From: an uncultured delta proteobacterium
Lineage (GTDB): Bacteria; Myxococcota; Myxococcia; Myxococcales; Myxococcaceae
DNA length: 64,000 bases
NCBI GenBank assembly: GCA_963776345.1
Contig: CAVZMH010000003.1
Location: 153,271-217,270, forward strand
Direction: 5' to 3'
Shown here in pieces: positions 57,078 through 64,000 of this stretch (within the stretch, counting starts at the first letter, position 1; each line of letters starts with the position of its first letter). The notes below the pieces were generated by a model. The model searched no databases, had not been told where the DNA came from, and was given only the letters and a program-made list of their open reading frames with translations. The position numbers and the translations under genes were made by a program.

Positions 57078-58157
57078 CGGCGCCCGAGCAGACCAGGCGT
57101 CCCTGGTACCAGAGGTTTCGCCGAGGGCGCGCAGCTGGCGTGGGCCTGGGCGAGGAGGAAGCACCTCCCCGGCCTGCTGAGCGTGGTCGGTCTGGCCCTG
57201 CTCCTCGTCGCGGAGCGGAAGCTGCTCAAGGACGTGCTGCACGCCCAGGAGGGCCTCAGGGACGCACTCGGAGACCTCAAGCAGACCGTCAACGACGAGC
57301 TCGGAGCGGCAAGGAGTGCGCTCCAGGACACGCGGATCCTCGAGCACGACATCCGGAGCAGGCTCGACGCCCTGCACGGAAAGGAGCTGAGCGACGTGCC
57401 CGTCCTCGCCCGGGCTCTCAAGGACGAGCTGGACGCGGGAGTCGGACGGGCACGGGGAGTCGTGTCCGCGCTCGGCGTGCCAGGGCCGCGAACGGGACCT
57501 GCGGAGACTAGGTCGGTCGAGGGCGAGCTCGAGAGTCTCACCGCCGAGCTCGCCGCGGTGCGACGACTCGCTCTCGAGCTCGGAGATCGGGCGCGGCAGG
57601 CCGACGAGGCGCTCGGGGGCGGACGCGATGGAGGCGCCACTCCGTTCCCCGATGTCCGTGCGCAGGCCCCCCGAATTGCCGAGAAGCTGTCAGAGGCGGA
57701 GTCGGTGATGTTCTCCCGGGATGCGGTCGCGCCCGAGGTGGGGCAGGTCGCCACGGCAAAGGGTAGTTTCCCGCCGCTCTACGCCAAAGCGAGGGATCTC
57801 TCGGCTGCGCTCGACCGGAGCTCAGCTCATCTGTTCGGGGATGCCGGTCTGCAGGACGGACCGGATCTGGGAAGGAAGCTCCGCGACATCCAGGCGCGGC
57901 TCCAGGCATTCCAGGCAAGGCTCGACAAGATGGACGAGGCCCTGCGGGTGCAGGAGGCAGCGCTCCAGAAGAGAGACGCGCACCCCGACTCGGGAAACCG
58001 TCCATCGCTCAATAGCCTTCAAGCGCCAGACGCGCGGGCATACCACTCCACGAGCACGGAGCCGAGCGCCGCACGGGTGATGACTCCTTCCCCCGTCGGC
58101 TCCGTGGGAACGATCAGCGCCGGTGCGTCCGCAAGAACGCACTGCACGACGAGTTGA
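57074..58157 (+). CDS. Membrane-anchored coiled-coil hypothetical protein, with a frameshift at 57116 (TTT)
   Basis: ATG overlaps the ClC-fragment stop; removing one T joins MTAPEQ.. to the TM and the 57183 ORF; 3' end uncertain. Confidence 0.55.
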
Positions 58158-60262
58158 GAAAAGGTCGCATCCGGAGCGACGCGCGGCACCGGGCGCGCCA
58201 GGTCCGCCGCCACCAGCATGCGCTGGAGCCGTTCATCGTGGAGGAAGTCACGGACCTGCTCCAGAAGGACGACTCCGCTCGTGTTTCCCTCGGCTGACTG
58301 CACGATGACCACGTCGCTGGCTGACGTGGCGAGGGTGTCGACGAGCACGTCCATCGTGGCGCCCCCGGTCAGGACTGGAGCCGGACGGGCGAGGTCTCGA
58401 GCGCGGACGTCGCCAGGGCCCATCGGCGAACGCCCATCGGCCTTTGGAGCGGGTTCGGCGCCAACCGCCCGGGCGTGCGCTCGGATGAGATCGGTGATGG
58501 TCAGGATTCCCACCACTCGAGAGGCTGTCTTCTCGTCGAGCACCACCAGCTGCCGAACGGCCTTCTCGCTCATGCGAACGACTGCGCGCGCAAGGGGAAC
58601 ATCGGCCAGGATCGCCTCCACACGCTGAACCAGCTGCGAGACGGGGGTGGCCGCAGGAGCGAGCCGGAGGTCGGCAAGAGGCACCGCGCCGAGGAGACCT
58701 CCCCGGTCGTCGAGCACCGGAAGGATCTGGAAGCTCCTCGACGCGAGTGCTTCCCGCTCCTCCCCCGCCGTTCCTGTCGCACGCACCGACACCACCCTGG
58801 CCGTCATCGCATCGGCGACTGTCAGCTGCTCGAGCGGATGGCCCCGCGGCGACGCGTGAGGGAGGACGACGCCGTCCTGCTCGAGCAGCGCCTCGTAGAT
58901 GGGGGTCGCTCGATACCGACGGGCCAGGACGTACGCCGTGATGTTCGAGAGCATCAGAGGGAGGACCAGACCGTAGCCGCCCGTCATCTCGAAGATGATC
59001 AGCACCGAGGTGATGGGCGCGCGGATGACACCGGCAAACACCGCCCCCATCCCCACGAGCGCGAAGGCCCCGAGCTCGCGCCCCTCGTGGTGAAAGGCTG
59101 CGACATCGAGGTACCCCATCGCCCCACCCAGCATTGCGCCCACGAAGAGGGCCGGGGCGAAGATGCCGCCAGCACCGCCACTGGAGTACGAGAAGACCGT
59201 CGCGATTCCCTTGGCCGCGCAGAGCGCAAGCAAGGCTGTGAGTCCGACCTGCCCGCCAAGGGCTCGTCCCAGCGTCCCGTAACCGCCGCCGGTGACTCCG
59301 GTCGTGCCGAGGAACTTCATCACCAGCACTGCGAGGCTTCCGGTCACCAGCCCCCCGACTGCTGGGTGTGACCAGCGCGGGATCGCGGAGAAGCTGCGGA
59401 ACCACTGCCGCAGCCTGAGGAGCCCGTCGGTGAAGGCGATGGAGACCAGGCCTCCGGCGATGCCCAGGAGCGCGTAGAAGACGAGCGACGAGGGATGATC
59501 GAGCCCGTAGGGCTGCTGTACCTCGATGATCGGATGCACCCCGAGCACGCCGCGCTCGATGACCGCCGCGAGCGCAGCCGCGATCACGACGCCAGAGAGC
59601 ACCGCGTGGTCGAGGGACCCAACGATCTCCTCGATGGTGAACGTCACCGCAGCGATGGGGGCGTTGAATGCGGCGGCGATGCCCGCCGCCACGCCCACGG
59701 GGAGGAGTCGGCGCGTGTCCTTGACCGGTAGCGCCGTCAGCCGCGCCAGCAGGCTCGCGGCACCCGCGCAGATCTGAGCCGTGGGTCCCTCACGCCCCAG
59801 CGACGCGCCCGAGCCGATCTGGAGGATGGCGACCCAGAACTTGCCGAAGGCATCTCGAAAGCGAACGCGTCCGCCCTCGAGCGCGAAGGCAGCCTTGACC
59901 TGTGGGATGCCCGAACCTCGTGCCCCCGGGACCACGAACGTCAGGATGGCACCAGCGATCAGCCCGCCGACGGTTGGAGAGATGACCACCCACGCCATCC
60001 AGCTCTTGCCCGGCGCGCGGAACGCCCGGTCAATCAAGAGCGACTCTGCGGCCTTGATGCCCAGGTGAAAGGCCACGGCCACGAACCCGCACACCACGCC
60101 GACGCCGATCGTCAGCGCGAAGAGGTGCTGCGACTCGGTGGGGAAGTGACGCTGCAGCAGCGCGCCAGCTCGTTCACGGAGGCGTGAGCCCCTGACCCGC
60201 AGGCGCTGCGACACCGCGCGCAGCTCTGCGAGCAGCGCGAACGGCCTGGCGTCACTCCCCAT
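58019..60262 (-). CDS. ClC H+/Cl- antiporter with CBS domains
   Basis: GSGIP, GREGP, FTIEE, GGIFAP, PIYE; C-terminal CBS pairs. Confidence 0.95.
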   Translation of the reverse strand: MGSDARPFALLAELRAVSQRLRVRGSRLRERAGALLQRHFPTESQHLFALTIGVGVVCGFVAVAFHLGIKAAESLLIDRAFRAPGKSWMAWVVISPTVGGLIAGAILTFVVPGARGSGIPQVKAAFALEGGRVRFRDAFGKFWVAILQIGSGASLGREGPTAQICAGAASLLARLTALPVKDTRRLLPVGVAAGIAAAFNAPIAAVTFTIEEIVGSLDHAVLSGVVIAAALAAVIERGVLGVHPIIEVQQPYGLDHPSSLVFYALLGIAGGLVSIAFTDGLLRLRQWFRSFSAIPRWSHPAVGGLVTGSLAVLVMKFLGTTGVTGGGYGTLGRALGGQVGLTALLALCAAKGIATVFSYSSGGAGGIFAPALFVGAMLGGAMGYLDVAAFHHEGRELGAFALVGMGAVFAGVIRAPITSVLIIFEMTGGYGLVLPLMLSNITAYVLARRYRATPIYEALLEQDGVVLPHASPRGHPLEQLTVADAMTARVVSVRATGTAGEEREALASRSFQILPVLDDRGGLLGAVPLADLRLAPAATPVSQLVQRVEAILADVPLARAVVRMSEKAVRQLVVLDEKTASRVVGILTITDLIRAHARAVGAEPAPKADGRSPMGPGDVRARDLARPAPVLTGGATMDVLVDTLATSASDVVIVQSAEGNTSGVVLLEQVRDFLHDERLQRMLVAADLARPVPRVAPDATFSQLVVQCVLADAPALIVPTEPTGEGVITRAALGSVLVEWYARASGA

Positions 60263-60334
60263 GGTCCGCGAGCCCCAGGGTCAGCGCGAGCAACCGGGCC
60301 AGGCGATGCACCCGACATCTCTACTACGTAATCA

Positions 60335-60346
60335 TTGGATATCCAA
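60335..60346. promoter_or_regulatory. Palindromic operator between the divergent ClC and MarR genes
   Basis: TTGGATATCCAA perfect palindrome in an AT-rich gap. Confidence 0.6.
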
Positions 60347-60429
60347 CAGAATCGTGTTACCCACGCCACATGGCCCCGATGAGCCGGGGTTCATCGGCAC
60401 TCATTCAGGCTCGCGAGGAAGCCGACTCG

Positions 60430-60918
60430 ATGAAGATCGACGAGACGTTTGCGGCGTTTCCCCTCCAACCACCTCTCGATTTTCTGCAGCACCTGTGGCA
60501 GCTCAACCACGCACTCGAACGAACGTCGCTGCAGATGGAGCGAACACTCGGCGTCACTGCGCAGCAACGGCTGTTCGTGCGGTGCATCGGGAAGTACCCG
60601 GGCATGACTGCAAGTCAGCTGGCGACGGTTGTCCACCTCGACCGCGGCACGGTGTCGGTGGGGCTGAGGCGGCTGGCGAAGAAGGGTCTCCTCACCCGGC
60701 GGCGCGACCCCCGTGACCATCGGCGTGTCGCGCTGGGCTTGACGTCCAGAGGACGAGCGCTGGACCGCCCCGACCCGTCGACGGTCGAGTTCGCCGTGAA
60801 GCAGGTCATGAACAAGGTGAGCTCCTCGGACATGAAGAGGGTCAAGGCTGTTCTGAGCTCCCTCGCTGGAGCGCTCGCCAAGAAGCTCGAACCTCGGGGC
60901 AAGGGGCCAGACCGATGA
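60430..60918 (+). CDS. MarR-family regulator
   Basis: LGVT..Q, LA....LDRGTVS..L..L..KGL..R..DP.D.R..LT..G. Confidence 0.92.
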   Translation: MKIDETFAAFPLQPPLDFLQHLWQLNHALERTSLQMERTLGVTAQQRLFVRCIGKYPGMTASQLATVVHLDRGTVSVGLRRLAKKGLLTRRRDPRDHRRVALGLTSRGRALDRPDPSTVEFAVKQVMNKVSSSDMKRVKAVLSSLAGALAKKLEPRGKGPDR

Positions 60919-60991
60919 GCGCTTCGCCGCCTCGAACGGCTGACGACGCGCCCCCCTACCGAGTCTCCGTCGGCCGGACCTGTTCCTCGGG

Positions 60992-61255
60992 CGGGGGGTG
61001 ATGCGGGGAAAGCGCGCGATGTGCGTGGAGACGGTCGGGGGGCTCGAGGGCGACTACGGCGGCTCCGGCGCCTACCAGCGGATCGAGGCCGTGCTTTACC
61101 CCATCCATCGGGGCATCCTCGAGTTCACCGGTTTCGAGGCGCTGGAGCCCTTTGTGGCCTACGGCCCGAGCCGGGTCTCCGGGGAGCGCCGGCGCGCCTC
61201 CCTCGAGGAGCTTCGTGAACGGATTTGGGGCCTCGAGCCGGCAAGACGCCGGTGA
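60992..61255 (+). pseudogene. C-terminal fragment of an NAD(P)H quinone dehydrogenase (flavodoxin-2 fold)
   Basis: G.MRGKRAM..T.GG..Y...G..I..VLYPIHRGILEFTGF..LEPFV. Confidence 0.75.
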
Positions 61256-61286
61256 GGCCCCGCAGTCCAGGTCCGTCTTCCTTCGC

Positions 61287-61832
61287 TCAGGCCTCGGGAA
61301 GGCGAGGCTGCTTCGGGAAGTCGATGTCCACCTGGGCGACCAGCGACACCGCGTTGGTGAACGTCTTCAGCGCCATGTGGGCCAGCACCTCGACCACCTC
61401 GGCGTCGGACAGGCCGGCCTCGCGGGCCCGAGCCAGGTCGGTGCCGGCTCCGGCGCCGCCGGTCCGCACCACCCGGCGAATCAGGGCGAGGATGGCCTGC
61501 TCGCGGGCGTTCGCGCCGCGTCCGGCCCGGGCGGCCTCGATGTCATCGGGCGACATGCCGGCCAGCTTTCCCAGCGTGCCGTGCGCCGAGACGCAGTAGC
61601 CGCAGCCGTTGAGCTCGGAGGTGAAGAGGTTCACCAGCTCGACCTCTCGTCCGGAGAGCGAGCCCTTGGCCAGCGCCTCCGTCGCGCCGAGCACGGCCTG
61701 GAGCGCCTCGGGCGACCGGCCGATGGTGGCGAAGAGGTTGGGCACGGACCCGAGCTGCTTCTTCAGGCTCTCGAGCAGGGGGCGGGCCTTCTCGGGGGCG
61801 GTGGCAAGCTGGAGGGGGGCGATGCGAGGCAT
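61287..61832 (-). CDS. AhpD/CMD-family peroxidase-related protein
   Basis: GSVPNLF, NGCGYCVSAH, DIDFP. Confidence 0.9.
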   Translation of the reverse strand: MPRIAPLQLATAPEKARPLLESLKKQLGSVPNLFATIGRSPEALQAVLGATEALAKGSLSGREVELVNLFTSELNGCGYCVSAHGTLGKLAGMSPDDIEAARAGRGANAREQAILALIRRVVRTGGAGAGTDLARAREAGLSDAEVVEVLAHMALKTFTNAVSLVAQVDIDFPKQPRLPEA

Positions 61833-61978
61833 TGAGGTGACTCCTTGTGGGTTGGAGCCCCGGACGGGATTGTCCGGTGGCGACCGGCTCCTCGGATGCG
61901 TCGCCCCTGCCGGGGATTGGTCAGCCCGGTGCAGCGAACTCTTGCGCCCAACGCAAGTAACGGTTCAGGCTCCCGGGG

Positions 61979-62878
61979 ATGGATTTCCTGTCGCAGATGC
62001 GCACCTTCGTCCGGATCGCCGAGAGCGGAAGCCTCTCCCGTGCGGCGAAGAGCCTCCGGCTGTCGCTCGCCGCGGTCAGCCGGCAGCTCTCGGCGCTGGA
62101 GCACGAGCTCGGCGTGCCGCTGGTGCTCAGGACCACCCGCCGCCTGGCGCTCACCGAGGCCGGGCGCACCTACCACGCCGAGGCGGTACGGGTCCTCGGC
62201 GCCGTGGAGCGCGCCAGGGAGACGGTGCAGGGGAGCCGGCGGGTGCAAGGGAGGGTCGTGGTGTCCGCGGGGGTCACCATCGGGTTCCACACCGTGGTCC
62301 CCCTGTTGCCCCGGCTGGCGGCGAAGCATCCGGGGCTAGTGATTGACCTCCTCCTGGAAGACCGGAACCAGGACCTGATCGAGGACGCCGTCGACCTCGC
62401 GATCCGTGTCGGTGACAGTCTGGTCGACTCCACCTCCATCGTCGCCCAGCGGCTCGGTACGTTCCGCCGCATCCTGGTCGCCTCGCCGGGCTACCTCGAG
62501 GCGCGCGGGATGCCGCGCTCCGCGGGCGAGCTGCAGCGGCACGCCACCCTGGTCCAGCCCCAGCTCGAGCCAGTCAGCGGGCTCTGGCGGCTCGTCCGGC
62601 GGGGGGAGGTCGAGGTGGTCCGGGTCGACGGGCGGCTGGCCTGCAACGCCCCGCTGGCCTTGCGAGAGCTGTCGCTTGCCGGGCTCGGCGTGGCCCTGCT
62701 CCCGGACTGGCTGGTGGCGGAGGCTCTCTCGACGGGACGGCTCCGGCGGGTGCTGCCCGAGCTCGCCTCGCCGGAGGTCCCGGTGACCGCGCTCTACCGC
62801 GTGGAGCAGCGAGGCTGGCCGAGGCTGAGGCCAGTGCTCGAGGCGCTGAAGGAGGGCTTCGGCGGCCAGCACCCCTGA
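61979..62878 (+). CDS. LysR-family regulator (divergent from the AhpD gene)
   Basis: GSLSRAA..AVSRQL..LE..LG..L..RTTR; DLAIRVG. Confidence 0.93.
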   Translation: MDFLSQMRTFVRIAESGSLSRAAKSLRLSLAAVSRQLSALEHELGVPLVLRTTRRLALTEAGRTYHAEAVRVLGAVERARETVQGSRRVQGRVVVSAGVTIGFHTVVPLLPRLAAKHPGLVIDLLLEDRNQDLIEDAVDLAIRVGDSLVDSTSIVAQRLGTFRRILVASPGYLEARGMPRSAGELQRHATLVQPQLEPVSGLWRLVRRGEVEVVRVDGRLACNAPLALRELSLAGLGVALLPDWLVAEALSTGRLRRVLPELASPEVPVTALYRVEQRGWPRLRPVLEALKEGFGGQHP

Positions 62879-62882
62879 AGAG

Positions 62883-63008
62883 CTATCCGCCAAGCCCGAG
62901 ACGGGCGCGGACCTCCTCGAGCGAGAGCCCCTCGATCCGGAGCCGCTTGCTTCGCCGGTGCTCGCCGGAGATCAGCGCGACCGCCCGCCGGGGAACGTCG
63001 AGCTCCCG
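62883..63008 (-). pseudogene. C-terminal fragment of a DUF167 (YggU-like) protein
   Basis: ELDVPRRAVALISGEHRRSKRLRIEGLSLEEVRARL then TAG. Confidence 0.6.
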
Positions 63009-63015
63009 CCCCCAT

Positions 63016-63363
63016 TCATCTCAGGAGATCAGCCAGAAGCCGGTAGATCTCCTTGCGCTCCCCGGCCCTCACGACGAGCACGTAGAGTCTGACGTCCTCG
63101 ATCGTGTAGACGACGCGCCAGTCGCCGACTCGGACTCGCCAGAATGTCGCGCGAGTCCCGCTGAGCTTCTTGCAGCCGGGCGGGCGAGGATTGGTCGCGA
63201 GCGCCTGGACCGCCGCGAAGACGCGCGCCCTGAACCCTGAATCGGCTATCGAGGCGATGGGCTCAAGTGCATGCTTGCGGTCGAGCTCGACCGTGTATGT
63301 CCTCGGCTTCGGCGCGAGCCGCGGCGGCGAGGGCTTGCCCTTCCTCCCCTTGCGCTTGCTCAC
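63016..63363 (-). CDS. RelE/ParE-family toxin
   Basis: LATNPRPPGCKKLSG..WRVRVGDWRVVY.I.D...ERKEIYR. Confidence 0.92.
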   Translation of the reverse strand: MSKRKGRKGKPSPPRLAPKPRTYTVELDRKHALEPIASIADSGFRARVFAAVQALATNPRPPGCKKLSGTRATFWRVRVGDWRVVYTIEDVRLYVLVVRAGERKEIYRLLADLLR

Positions 63364-63629
63364 AGTCCCAGGAGCTTCTCAGCCTCTTCGAGCCTGACCC
63401 GCGGCCCCTTCTCAGCCAGAGCCTTCTCCGCGAGCAGAACGTCCAGACGGTCCTCGAGAGCCTCCAGGAGTTCCAGGTCCTTGTAGGAGATCAGGGCAGC
63501 GGCCGGCTTGCTGTTCTTCTCGATGACCAGGCGCTCGCCTCCGTGGCGGACGCGTCCGATGTGCTCGGAGATGTTCTCGCGAAGCTGGGTCGCGGACACG
63601 GAAGGGTGCTGGGGGCGGTCGTTGAACAT
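63360..63629 (-). CDS. Phd/YefM-family antitoxin
   Basis: VSATQLREN.SE.I.RV..GE..VI.K..KPAAALIS; overlaps the toxin start. Confidence 0.9.
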   Translation of the reverse strand: MFNDRPQHPSVSATQLRENISEHIGRVRHGGERLVIEKNSKPAAALISYKDLELLEALEDRLDVLLAEKALAEKGPRVRLEEAEKLLGL

Positions 63630-63645
63630 CGAAACTCCTGACGCA

Positions 63646-63659
63646 AAAATGTACATTTT
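63646..63659. promoter_or_regulatory. TA operon operator palindrome
   Basis: AAAATGTACATTTT with a TGTACA core. Confidence 0.7.
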
Positions 63660-63893
63660 GTACGCCCTGAGTGCAACCCCTCTCTATGGGAGTGGCTCAC
63701 TACGACCTCGCCACCCCCATCGCTGTCGTGCAGGCCGGTGGCCGTCCAGCACCGCCTGGGCCTTCTAGCCGCGACCGGCGGCATGGATAGAAGAGGGTGG
63801 GCTTGGGTTCGTGCGCTACCTTCTCAGGGAAGTGCACAGGCTTCAGCTCGCGCCGCTTGCTGCAGCCTTGCTGCCGAGCTCGTCAGAAACGCC

Positions 63894-63942
63894 GAAGGGG
63901 TCGGAAGCGAGCGAAGGAAGACCTCGTGCTTCCGACCCCTTC
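63894..63942. repeat. 15-bp perfect inverted repeat downstream of the tRNA fragment
   Basis: GAAGGGGTCGGAAGC-N19-GCTTCCGACCCCTTC. Confidence 0.85.
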
Positions 63943-63948
63943 CGAGTG

Positions 63949-63991
63949 CGCGCGATGAGGGAGTCGAACCCACGACCTTTGGCTCCGGAGG
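63949..63991 (-). mobile_element. 3' half of tRNA-Arg(CCG), att-site-like remnant
   Basis: Minus strand CTCCGGA-GCCAA-AGGTC-GTGGG-TTCGACT-CCCTC-ATCGCGC-G; the 5' anticodon stem (TTGGC expected) is absent. Confidence 0.8.
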
Positions 63992-64000
63992 GGGCGCCCG

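Noticed and set aside
63687..63790. Short ORF MGVAHYDLA resembling an MqsR N-terminus
   Set aside because: Only a 4-residue resemblance
63949..64000. Functional tRNA-Arg gene
   Set aside because: The 5' anticodon-stem strand does not pair with GCCAA, and the T-stem has a mismatch

Overview
High-GC bacterial window, probably Myxococcota/Anaeromyxobacter-like (an inference from gene style). Left to right: (1) a V/A-type ATPase operon G-I-K-E-C-F-A-B-D on the minus strand, with single-base frameshifts in A, C and I, followed by a VOC protein and the start of an FAD oxidoreductase; (2) an ABC-2 exporter, a B12 radical SAM enzyme and a NifA-like GAF-sigma54 activator; (3) a urtABCDE-ureD-ureAB-ureC-ureF-ureG operon lacking ureE, with a sigma54 promoter and four palindromic enhancer-like sites; (4) a ~17 kb aryl-polyene/flexirubin-like type II PKS cluster with a tyrosine-ammonia-lyase-type enzyme, an acyl-CoA ligase and a flavin halogenase-like gene; (5) a six-gene signalling operon: GAF-PP2C-RsbW fusion, STAS, ECF sigma, an anti-sigma carrying 25 decapeptide repeats, a HExxH-peptidase/propeller/barrel outer-membrane protein and PrsW. 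In (5) the same sigmaW-like promoter motif occurs before the sigma gene and inside the anti-sigma gene, ahead of an internal RBS+ATG. This is the best candidate for an undescribed system. (6) A 13 kb accessory mosaic of small modules separated by gene fragments, bracketed by tyrosine-integrase remnants and ending in a 3'-half tRNA-Arg(CCG) att-like site. All calls come from motif recognition by eye; no database searches were run.
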